Made by a program: the position numbers and the translations under genes
Assembly: GCA_963695345.1 (NCBI GenBank)
Contig: OY968769.1
Span: 1,696,001 to 1,760,000, forward strand
From: an uncultured Methanomassiliicoccales archaeon
Lineage (GTDB): Archaea > Thermoplasmatota > Thermoplasmata > Methanomassiliicoccales > UBA472
DNA: 64,000 nt
Reading direction: 5' to 3'
In this document: positions 20,431 to 28,963 of the stretch, in pieces
Numbering within the stretch: the first letter of the stretch is position 1
How the letters are laid out: the number at the start of each line of letters is the position of its first letter
The notes under the pieces: generated by a model
What the model was told of the DNA's origin: nothing
Database searches by the model: none
The model's input: only the letters and a program-made list of their open reading frames with translations

Positions 20431-20459
20431 TCCTTGGGTCAGGCAGTCGATTCTTTTAC

Positions 20460-22646
20460 CTAACCCTCAGGCGATATTGTCGATCTTGACCAGCGATCAT
20501 CGACCTTCCGGGCAATGGCGAACATGAGCTGATCTCCATCCCCATTACTATTCTGGTAAAGGCCGGCATCAAATGATAGCGGTTCCGTGCGGTTGTCCAG
20601 TTGAAGATCGAGCCGGTAGTCATTCACCCTACCTGCGGTAAAGACCATATCCACCCCCTCCGATGCTTTTACTGGATCGACAAAGAGGGAATCAAAGCGG
20701 GTTCCGACCAACGCTGCCCTTGATTTTTCGGTCCATCGGACCGCTTCCTCGTTGACATCCTTTATCAGACCCTTCCGGTTGACGGTGACCATCATGTCTG
20801 GGCTGCATTCGATAAGGCCTCGGGAGTAGTTCCTGGCCTCTTCGATCTCCCGGACCATCTTTTTCCTTTCACGGATATCCCGGGCGATACAGAAGATGCC
20901 TTTTACCATGCCAGAACGGTCCCGATAGACGCTGGCATTGAACGAGACCGGGATGTTTTCCGATTTGTTATGGACATTGAGCTCGAAGTTGTGCACCGAA
21001 CCTTCAGAGAAACAGGCCTGCACTCCCCGGCCTGCTCGCTCCCGGTCGTTGAACAGATCGATGAAGGATGCCCCGATGAGATCCTCCCTGCTCCGTCCCA
21101 CAAGCAAGGTCGCCGCCTCGTTGACGTCCATGATCAGGCAGCTGCTGTCCACGGTGACCATCATGTCGAGGCTGCTCTCGATCAATCCCCGGGAATAGTC
21201 CTTCGCATCTTCCAGTTCCGCGATCATCGTTTTTGTCTCCCGAACATCTCTGGCTGCTGCGAAGACACCTTTGATCGCCCCATCATTGTCCCGATAGGCG
21301 GTGGCATTGAACTGGACTGGTATCTGGTTGGAATCCCTGTCCACCAGCATGAGTTCGAAGTTCTGCACCATTCCTCTCTCCAGCGTTTCAAGGATGCCAT
21401 CCCTTGCCTTCTTCGGATCGGTGAAATAGTCCGCAAAGTCGGATCCGATCAGGCTCTCCCGTTCCTTTCCCACGATCTTTATGGTGGCATCATTGACATC
21501 GAGAATGTTCCCGTCCAGGTCCAGGAAGACCAAGGCGTCCAGACTGGCCTCTATCAGGCTCCTGGCGTATCTTTGTGACTGTATCATTTCATTGAAAACG
21601 GAGCTGTTGATCGGCTCGAAGCAGACCAATGCCCCATGCACCAGGCCATCGGTGCGATCGCGGTAGGTGATGAGGTTCAAAAGCACTGGGACGGTCTCAC
21701 CTGAGGCCAGGGCGAGCCGGTGTGGGGAGCCCGTCACCTTACCCCGGGCCAAGCACAACTTGATCGTTTGCTGCAGGCCGATAGGATTGATGAAAAGGGC
21801 GTCTAGCCTGCTCTCCAACAGAATGTCCCGTTTCTTTTGGCACAGGGCCTCCATTGCGGCATTGAGGTCGGTGATACGTCCTTCCTCGTCCACCGTCAGC
21901 TGAGGGTCATTGATGCTCCCTAGCAGGCCAGAGGTAAAATGCTGGGCATGGTCCAATTCCGCGCTTCGATTCGCATTCACGTTCCTCCCTCTCGACCTCT
22001 CTGCTGCGCTCAGGTACCGCATCAGGCTGTCAAGGTTCTTCTTGGATGGAAAGGTCCATTCTCCCTTCTCGGGTAGGTAAAGGACCTCATGTATCACAAA
22101 TGCCCCGTCCTTGTTGGTCTGCATGCTCCTGGCCAGATCGTTGATCTCCTGGACCTTCGCAATGTAGTCGACGAGAGGTCCTTTCCCATACCCCGAACAG
22201 TAAGGCTTGATGGTCAGCAGGTCCCCGTATTTCGGATCGTGATGTACGTAAAAGGGGAACCAGCGACATACCAGGTAGTTCGAATCATGCTTAGAGCATC
22301 GGTTCTGCTCGGAAAGGAACAAGCAAGGCTCATAGGTGAAATTTGCCACCTTTCGCGCATATCGGCAACACTCACCACACATCTGGCATTCGAAACGTGT
22401 CTTTCCCGGGATGACGAAATGACTCTTGGTCAGGATCCCTGCCAGTTCACCGCTCGTCACCTCGACCCCGATACTCGAGAGAACTTCCCCCCTATCCTTA
22501 GCTGGGGTCTCATTGAACCTTTCCAGTTGATGCCAGAAACGAGCATCCCGGTTTTCATTGGGATTTTTACCTCTCACCGCTATCTTATTACTCTTGGTGG
22601 AGGAGAAATCGTTCGCGTTGTTTTTTGCCATCGTATCCACGATCAC
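20460..22646 (-). CDS. YkgJ-type Cys-cluster domain plus four PAS domains, no output domain
   Basis: CQMCGECC, CLFL...C, CRWFPF; repeated YxRxLIExS.D...I.DVN.A PAS units. Confidence 0.82.
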   Translation of the reverse strand: MIVDTMAKNNANDFSSTKSNKIAVRGKNPNENRDARFWHQLERFNETPAKDRGEVLSSIGVEVTSGELAGILTKSHFVIPGKTRFECQMCGECCRYARKVANFTYEPCLFLSEQNRCSKHDSNYLVCRWFPFYVHHDPKYGDLLTIKPYCSGYGKGPLVDYIAKVQEINDLARSMQTNKDGAFVIHEVLYLPEKGEWTFPSKKNLDSLMRYLSAAERSRGRNVNANRSAELDHAQHFTSGLLGSINDPQLTVDEEGRITDLNAAMEALCQKKRDILLESRLDALFINPIGLQQTIKLCLARGKVTGSPHRLALASGETVPVLLNLITYRDRTDGLVHGALVCFEPINSSVFNEMIQSQRYARSLIEASLDALVFLDLDGNILDVNDATIKIVGKERESLIGSDFADYFTDPKKARDGILETLERGMVQNFELMLVDRDSNQIPVQFNATAYRDNDGAIKGVFAAARDVRETKTMIAELEDAKDYSRGLIESSLDMMVTVDSSCLIMDVNEAATLLVGRSREDLIGASFIDLFNDRERAGRGVQACFSEGSVHNFELNVHNKSENIPVSFNASVYRDRSGMVKGIFCIARDIRERKKMVREIEEARNYSRGLIECSPDMMVTVNRKGLIKDVNEEAVRWTEKSRAALVGTRFDSLFVDPVKASEGVDMVFTAGRVNDYRLDLQLDNRTEPLSFDAGLYQNSNGDGDQLMFAIARKVDDRWSRSTISPEG

Positions 22647-22805
22647 GGTGCTCCGTTTGAGGGGCGCGATTCAGCCTATGATATCTGGGCACGATAATGA
22701 TTTGCGATTCACATCTCCATGTGATAATCAGAAATGCTGAGGTTCTGCAAGATCCTGATGTCAATGAAATGTGTGTCTGGATATACCGTGGAGAAATAAG
22801 AAGGA

Positions 22806-22906
22806 TGGCGCCGAGGGGGAGATTTGAACTCCCGAGTCCTTGCGGACACAAGCTTACTGGCGGAATAATTCCAGGCTTGCGCCTTACCGGGCTGGGCCAC
22901 CTCGGC
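22806..22906 (-). tRNA. tRNA-Ser(GGA) with 14-nt intron at 37/38
   Basis: Reverse strand: GCCGAGG/CCTCGGC with G-CCA end; CAAGC-CT-GGA-A|TTATTCCGCCAGTA|A-GCTTG; long variable arm; CTGG/CCAG central helix. Confidence 0.92.
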
Positions 22907-23119
22907 TTTCGGCTCCCTACTGTATGAATTGGCTTTAAACTTTACGCCCAGGTTCGCCCTGTCCATACTGGAATTGAATCTAGGAAGGATTAAAATATTT
23001 CTCGATTTCGCTGAAATTCGGGGCCGATGGCTTCAGCAAGCCATCGCAAACTCTGACTTCATGCAGGAGATCCTATGCCGCTCACATCGTTTTGATCTCA
23101 TTACTGATGTGTCCGAGGC

Positions 23120-23914
23120 TCAGAACATGTCCTGTGAGACCAGTCCCATGGAGTCCCGCACGGTGGGGCGCATCCTCCGCGCCGCCCGTACCTCCATCAG
23201 GTCCAGGTCCACGCTTCTGACGTCCTTCTTGAAGTAGTCGCACTTCATCAATTGGTTGCCTTTCGGTCCCACCGCATGGCTGCCGCCGAAGAAGACCTGG
23301 TTTAGCTGACACCCGACGTTGTTGACGTAGATGGCATAGGCGGTGTTCTCTATGGCCCTGGCCGGCACGATCCTCTCGAAGAAGTCCCTGGATGTGTTGG
23401 GCGAGGCGGAGATACAGACGACGGCGTCCGCTCCGTGCAGAACCAGCGACTTGCTCAGCTCAGGGAAGAAAAGGTCATAGCAGATGACCACGCCAAGGCG
23501 GAACCCTTCCACCTCGAACAGTGTGGGCACTTTTCCCGGGGAGAAGAATAGCGACTCCTCGAACGGACCGAAGGTGGCCAGATTGATCTTGTCGTAGCTC
23601 CAGGCGCTGCCATCCGGTTTAACCAGGACGGCGCTGTTGTGCACCAATCCGGTCGTCTCATCGTCCAGGACCGGCATGCCCAGGAGGATGGAGCATTGGT
23701 GCTCGTCGGCCACGGTCATGAGCTCCTGGACGCTGTCCCCCTGGAGCGATTCGGCCATGAGGTGAACCCTGTCCCGGCACATGTACCCGCTCAGGAACAG
23801 CTCGGGGAATATGAACAGGTCAGCTTCCTGTCCTGCCACCGTCTCATGTATGCGCCTCAGGTTCTCCGCCTTATCGCCGACCGCGCTCGGCACCTGTGCA
23901 AGGACCGTCCTCAT
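23120..23914 (-). CDS. Carbon-nitrogen hydrolase (nitrilase family)
   Basis: Catalytic triad FPE, YDK, ICYD. Confidence 0.9.
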   Translation of the reverse strand: MRTVLAQVPSAVGDKAENLRRIHETVAGQEADLFIFPELFLSGYMCRDRVHLMAESLQGDSVQELMTVADEHQCSILLGMPVLDDETTGLVHNSAVLVKPDGSAWSYDKINLATFGPFEESLFFSPGKVPTLFEVEGFRLGVVICYDLFFPELSKSLVLHGADAVVCISASPNTSRDFFERIVPARAIENTAYAIYVNNVGCQLNQVFFGGSHAVGPKGNQLMKCDYFKKDVRSVDLDLMEVRAARRMRPTVRDSMGLVSQDMF

Positions 23915-24010
23915 GCTATCGTCCGTCCAATCGCTGCACTCGGTTATCTAGGTTCGCGTTCGGCGGTCAGATGATAAGCGATATTAGCACGCTGCTGCAT
24001 ACGATGCCTC

Positions 24011-24811
24011 ATGCGCCCCCAATTGAAGGACTATGCCTACGACACGATAGTGGAGTTCATCCGCCAGAAGGTCGAGGAGTCTGGAGGCAACGGAGTGGTC
24101 ATCGGGCTCAGCGGGGGCATCGACTCGGCCCTGGTGTCCAAGCTCTGCGTCGACGCGATCGGCGCCGAAAAGGTCCTGAACGTCTTCATGCCGTCCGCTA
24201 CCACATCCAAGGCGGACCGGAAGGATGCCGAGGAGTTCTCCAGGGAGATCGGCGCGGAGTTCAGGGTCGAGGAGATCACACCGGCATTGGAGGGCTTCAA
24301 GATGCTGCTGCCCTCGATCGACCGGAAAGAGCTTTTGGGCAATGTCATGGCCAGATGCAGGATGGTGGTGCTCATGCACCACGCCAACCTGATGGGCCGC
24401 ATCGTCATGGGCACCGGCAACAAGTCGGAGCTGCTGGTCGGCTATTTCACCAAGTACGGCGACGGCGGGGTGGACTTCCTGCCGATCGGTGACCTCTACA
24501 AGACCGAGGTAAGGGAACTGGCGAGGAAGGTGCACATCTCCAGTGGGCTCATCGAGAAGGCACCGTCGGCCGGGCTCTGGGAAGGCCAGACGGACGAAGG
24601 GGAGCTGGGCGTCTCCTACGAGAAGCTGGACCAGATACTTCTCGGCTTCGAGATGCTGACGGAGAACCGGGAGATATCCCGCCAGACCGGCATAGACCTC
24701 AACATCGTGGAGATGGTCTGGAGAAGGCATCTGGACACGGTGCACAAGCGCAAGGCGCCGCTGATCCCTAAGGTCGGCTCGAGGACGATCGGGCTGGACT
24801 GGCGCGAGTAG
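24011..24811 (+). CDS. nadE: NH3-dependent NAD+ synthetase
   Basis: GLSGGIDS, NVMARCRM, GYFTKYGDG and KAPSAGLW.GQTDE. Confidence 0.95.
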   Translation: MRPQLKDYAYDTIVEFIRQKVEESGGNGVVIGLSGGIDSALVSKLCVDAIGAEKVLNVFMPSATTSKADRKDAEEFSREIGAEFRVEEITPALEGFKMLLPSIDRKELLGNVMARCRMVVLMHHANLMGRIVMGTGNKSELLVGYFTKYGDGGVDFLPIGDLYKTEVRELARKVHISSGLIEKAPSAGLWEGQTDEGELGVSYEKLDQILLGFEMLTENREISRQTGIDLNIVEMVWRRHLDTVHKRKAPLIPKVGSRTIGLDWRE

Positions 24812-25295
24812 ACAAGAGCGCGGTTTCGAAGGCCGACCGGAAACCTTCCCGGTCCGTCACGTCGAAGACGATCTCATCAACTTTTCTCCAGAAGACCGAG
24901 GCGATACGTTGCGGCCTCCTCAGCTTGAGCGAGATCAGGTCTCTCTTGCACGATGTTATGTTCAAGATCCCTTTGGTCTGGGAAATAAGCAGGCTGCGGT
25001 CCTTCGGCGCCTCATCTATCAGATTGATGGCCTTGATGTTCTCGATCGGTACGCTGACCGTGAAATGCCATCCCTGGCGGAGGATGATGTCGTTCGCATC
25101 GACTGAGTGTCTGGTGAGGAATGGTGATACACCCACGACCAGCAGGAACAAGCCCAACGCCAATCCCATGACGATGGTCACGAGTGTATCGAACGGAAGG
25201 AGAAGAACGATGAGAACCATGACCCAAATGACCGCCACAGTGAGGAACAGCGTGGAGCGCATGATCCACTTGCGGTCATAGGTGAAATCGGCCAC
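24768..25295 (-). CDS. Membrane protein with PH-like soluble domain
   Basis: Two N-terminal TM helices followed by a beta-rich domain. Confidence 0.6.
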   Translation of the reverse strand: MADFTYDRKWIMRSTLFLTVAVIWVMVLIVLLLPFDTLVTIVMGLALGLFLLVVGVSPFLTRHSVDANDIILRQGWHFTVSVPIENIKAINLIDEAPKDRSLLISQTKGILNITSCKRDLISLKLRRPQRIASVFWRKVDEIVFDVTDREGFRSAFETALLSTRASPARSSSSRP

Positions 25296-25427
25296 AGGGA
25301 TGGAAGGGCTTGCCCGGACATTATCTTTCGCATAAGGATACTAAATCACGGAAAGCAGGCTTCCGGACAGACCCTGCAATACCAAAGGTTTAATTATGGC
25401 CATCGAATTTGGGGGGATTACGAACTC

Positions 25428-25502
25428 GCTCCCGTAGTGTAGTCCGGCCAATCATTTTGGATTCTCGATCCAAGGACTGGGGTTCAAATCCCCACGGGAG
25501 CA
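25428..25502 (+). tRNA. tRNA-Glu(CTC)
   Basis: GCTCCCG/CGGGAGC acceptor; TTGGA-TT-CTC-GA-TCCAA anticodon arm. Confidence 0.95.
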
Positions 25503-25586
25503 CTCATCTATCATCTGGCTCATAGCTCAATTCTGGGTTTTCGGGTTACCACGTTGCTCGTCCAGCCCAGTATTCCGATATTCATT

Positions 25587-25859
25587 CTACTCGATTCTGT
25601 TCTCTTCGTGCCACATCTTGATCGTGGCCTTAGCGGGGGATGGTAAAGGAAAGGGGTGCCTGCAGGAGATGCAAAAGGTCACATCCATCTCTACCCAGTA
25701 ATGGCAAACGGGGCATTCCTTGCGGAGTGGGGCGGAACAGAATGGACAGGCATGGTCCATTCTCTCCACGTCTGACTCGCAATTGATGCAGTGCCGTTTG
25801 ACCACTCCTTTCAGCCAGGGGGCCAGTTCCTCCTTTCTAACCTTCACGATCCGGGGCAA
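25587..25859 (-). CDS. Double zinc ribbon protein
   Basis: Four CxxC motifs. Confidence 0.75.
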   Translation of the reverse strand: MPRIVKVRKEELAPWLKGVVKRHCINCESDVERMDHACPFCSAPLRKECPVCHYWVEMDVTFCISCRHPFPLPSPAKATIKMWHEENRIE

Positions 25860-25930
25860 CAGAACACCTTAGTGATATGCTACGATTCTCGGCTTCGGTG
25901 TTTACAGCCTGTGTGCAGCCTTCCTTGAGC

Positions 25931-26527
25931 TTATTGTCTTGCCAACAGGTACATCGGTATCTCGAAACCGCTGACCGGTCCGATCTCCATGCTCCACCGG
26001 GTGATGCGCTCGATCCCGCTCTTCTGCTCGCCGGCCAATCCGGAAATCAGCGCCTTTCGGGACGAGGATCTGCTGGCTATCCCGCTGTCATTGATGGCTT
26101 TCATGACCGCCATCGGGGTGAACGCCCCACCGACCACTGAGTTGTCCATGGTATAGCCGATCGTGTCGACCGGGATCACGAAAGCCTTCGCCTTGGATCT
26201 CTCGAATATCAGTTTCAATATCTGGTGGGTGATGATGGAATTACTTGTGATCAGTACGGGAGAGCTCTCATCGGGCGAGTTGTACTCGAAGAGCTTCTCC
26301 GGCACCTTCTGCTGCATGGGGTCGCTCTCCGGCAGACGGATGTCGATGCTCAGGACGGCATCGATGGCATCGGCCATCTTCTTGTCGATTTTCGAGCAGT
26401 CAACCGCCTTCGCATTCTTGTCGATCAATTTCTGGGCGAATCCGACCCAGCCTTTATCCTGTCCGGGCAGGTACTTCACAAGATCTTCCGCTTTCAACTT
26501 ATACAGGTCTATCTCCTCAATGGCCAT
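25931..26527 (-). CDS. Miniature CdhE/AcsC/HgcA-like corrinoid-binding-fold protein
   Basis: PDESSPVLITSN, VDT.G, SGI, LI.GLA, W...IGP....IP.YL match the C-terminal cobalamin domain of CFeSP gamma and HgcA; N-terminus resembles a degenerate FeS domain. Confidence 0.72.
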   Translation of the reverse strand: MAIEEIDLYKLKAEDLVKYLPGQDKGWVGFAQKLIDKNAKAVDCSKIDKKMADAIDAVLSIDIRLPESDPMQQKVPEKLFEYNSPDESSPVLITSNSIITHQILKLIFERSKAKAFVIPVDTIGYTMDNSVVGGAFTPMAVMKAINDSGIASRSSSRKALISGLAGEQKSGIERITRWSMEIGPVSGFEIPMYLLARQ

Positions 26528-26528
26528 T

Positions 26529-26749
26529 TCATTCCTCCTTCTTCGTTTCCTTCATAGCGATCTCGACGAAATCGGACATGCGCTGGCCCCCAGCGCCGCC
26601 GACCGTTCCACTAAGGTTGTTGATTCCTTGATATCGTCCTCGCCGATCCTCCGCTCCAGCGCTTTCCCGAGGTGATGCTTGAAACAGGGCTGGCAACGTC
26701 CGGCCTCCGTGGCCGCCATGGCTGCCGACTCCTTCGTCCTCGGGTCCAT
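26529..26749 (-). CDS. Carboxymuconolactone decarboxylase/AhpD-like CxxC protein (indel near 26590)
   Basis: MDPRTKE..A.AA..AGRCQPCFKHHL.KA...I.EDDI.E. Confidence 0.72.
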
Positions 26750-26753
26750 CGCA

Positions 26754-27873
26754 TCAGCCTTCCTGCGCCGCCCCTTTGAATTTACCATTCGCATCGTAGT
26801 ACTTCCGTTTGAAGTACAAGGACAGGTTCACCAGGGAAATGAGCGCGGGCACCTCTACCAGTGGGCCGATGACAGCGGCGAACGCAACAGCCGACGATAT
26901 GCCGAACACGCCCACGGCCACGGCGATCGCGAGCTCGAAGTTGTTGCTTGCCGCTGTGAAGGACTGTGCGGTGGCATGACCATAATCGATCTTGAGCCGC
27001 ATGGACAGCCAGAATGACAGCAGGAACATGATCACGAAGTAAATGACCAACGGGATAGCGATTCTTACCACATCAAACGGTGTGTCTACGATCGACTGGG
27101 CTCTAAGCGAGAACATGACCACGATGGTGAAGAGCAATGCCAGCAGTGAGACCTTCCCTGCTACCGGCATGAACCTGTTATCGTACCAGTCAGCGCCCAT
27201 CCTCGGCCTGAGGGTGTATCGGCTGATAACGCCGGCGAAGAACGGTATTCCAAGGTAGATTATCACGCTGATGGCCACGGACACGATCGAGATGTCCACT
27301 GCCACCCCGGATCCTGGCGATACCACATCGGATAGCACTGAGATCAGGAAATATGCGTAGAACGCGTAGAGGACTATCTGGAATATCGAGTTCAGAGCGA
27401 CCAGGATCGCAACGTATTCGCTATCTCCTTCGGCCAGCTGGTTCCAGACCAGGACCATGGCGATGCATCTCGCGACGCCGGTCAATATCAGGCCGATCCG
27501 GTATAGCGGCTGGTCTGGGAGGAAGATCCATGCCAGAGCGAACATCAGTAATGGACCGACGACGTAATTCAGAAACAGGGAGGTTGAGAACATCTTCTTC
27601 GCTTCTGGCTGCTTCGTGATCTGGCCAAGCTCTTCGTACTTTGACCTTGGCCAGCGGAGGATACATCATGAGTATCAGGCCAATGGCGATCGGGATGGAG
27701 GTGGTACCGACGCTCATCTCGTTCAAAGAATCGGCGAACCCAGGAATAAGGACCCCCAAGACGACGCCGAGCCCCATGGCAGCGAATATCCAAACGGTCA
27801 GGTATCTGTTCAGGAACGACAATTTCTTCAATCCGCTCGGCGGCGGGTTGTTTTCTTCTTCGGTCACATTCAT
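26754..27873 (-). CDS. acr3: Arsenite efflux transporter Acr3 (frameshift near 27640)
   Basis: [44 protein letters not shown] and GPLVEVP. Confidence 0.93.
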
Positions 27874-27909
27874 ATGATTCCCTCCAAGTTGGCCCTGGCT
27901 CGACGATGT

Positions 27910-27925
27910 TTCAATTAATGTTGAA
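27910..27925. promoter_or_regulatory. Putative ArsR operator TTCAA-N6-TTGAA in the acr3/arsC divergent promoter
   Basis: Perfect 5-bp inverted repeat with a 6-nt spacer next to a TATA-like element; a degenerate copy lies near 27965-27980. Confidence 0.6.
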
Positions 27926-27999
27926 GTGAAGCATTTGGTCGATATAAATAAGTTCGTGGCTATCGTTAAGTATCTTGAAAATCAAACGCTGGAGACGAT

Positions 28000-28416
28000 A
28001 TGAAGAGAGTACTATTCATCTGCACCCATAATTCTGCGCGGTCCCAGATGGCCGAAGGATTGGCGAATGCACTTTATTCGAAGGTCCTCACGGCATATAG
28101 TGCGGGTACAAAGCCAGGTCAGGTCCATCCCTTGGCAATTGAGGTCATGTCCGAGCTGGACATCGATATTTCAAAACAGCGGTCGAAGGGACTCGCCGAG
28201 TTCAAAGAACAGGAATTCGACTACGTGGTCATGGTGTGCTCGAATGCGGCCGAGACCTGTCCATTCTTCCCCGGAGGCAAGGTACAGATCCATCATGGAT
28301 TCGACGATCCATCAGAGGTTGTAGGCACCGAGAAAGAAAGATTAAAAGCGTTCCGAAAAAGCCGGAATGAAATCAATAAGTGGATTATCGACAATCTAGT
28401 ATTACCCACAAATTAG
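28000..28416 (+). CDS. arsC: Arsenate reductase, LMW-PTP/thioredoxin type
   Basis: CTHNSARSQMAE, VC....E.CP.FP and DDP. Confidence 0.93.
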   Translation: MKRVLFICTHNSARSQMAEGLANALYSKVLTAYSAGTKPGQVHPLAIEVMSELDIDISKQRSKGLAEFKEQEFDYVVMVCSNAAETCPFFPGGKVQIHHGFDDPSEVVGTEKERLKAFRKSRNEINKWIIDNLVLPTN

Positions 28417-28428
28417 AGGGTTCTATCA

Positions 28429-28803
28429 ATGGCCGCTAGAAGTACTCCAAAGAAAGAATGCTGCAAGGATGTGATGAACCTTCCGGAGGAGATGGAGGCA
28501 GCCCTTCAGCAGCAGGGAGGGTTGGAGGAGTTGAAGAAGCTCGTTCCAGACAAAGCGGAACTTGCCTTCGAGGCAAATCGTTTTCAGGCAGTTTCTGACC
28601 CTATCCGGCTCCAGATAATGCATGCTCTCCTGATAATCGACCTATGTCCCTGCCTTTTAAAAGAGATCACAGAACTAACGGACTCTGGGCTGTCCTATCA
28701 TCTCAGCATACTGGAAGAGGCAAACCTGATCTCTTCATCTTCCCGGAAAAGGTGGCGGGTCTATGTGCTGACCGATAAAGGAAGAAAGTTGATAGGCGGC
28801 TGA
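28429..28803 (+). CDS. arsR: ArsR/SmtB family regulator
   Basis: SDPIRLQI, DLCPC and LSYHL; N-terminal CC. Confidence 0.9.
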   Translation: MAARSTPKKECCKDVMNLPEEMEAALQQQGGLEELKKLVPDKAELAFEANRFQAVSDPIRLQIMHALLIIDLCPCLLKEITELTDSGLSYHLSILEEANLISSSSRKRWRVYVLTDKGRKLIGG

Positions 28804-28836
28804 ATCTTCCACAACCACGTAGAATCAGAGGTTCGC

Positions 28837-28886
28837 GCCGGGAGAGGGGCCACGAAAATCTCGACCCCTTTTCCGGCCGTCTTTTT
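28837..28886 (+). terminator. GC hairpin plus T-tract between convergent genes
   Basis: GCCGGGAGAGGGG...CCCCTTTTCCGGC followed by CGTCTTTTT. Confidence 0.5.
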
Positions 28887-28963
28887 CGTTGTCAAACAAA
28901 CAGGCATGGATTTCCAGAGGTTGCGGTCCGTGCCGCGTGACCTCTGCGTTCTTAGTTTCGATT

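Noticed and set aside
25931-26527. Bona fide mercury methylase hgcA
   Set aside because: No N(V/I)WCA cap-helix Cys, no TM domain and no adjacent hgcB ferredoxin
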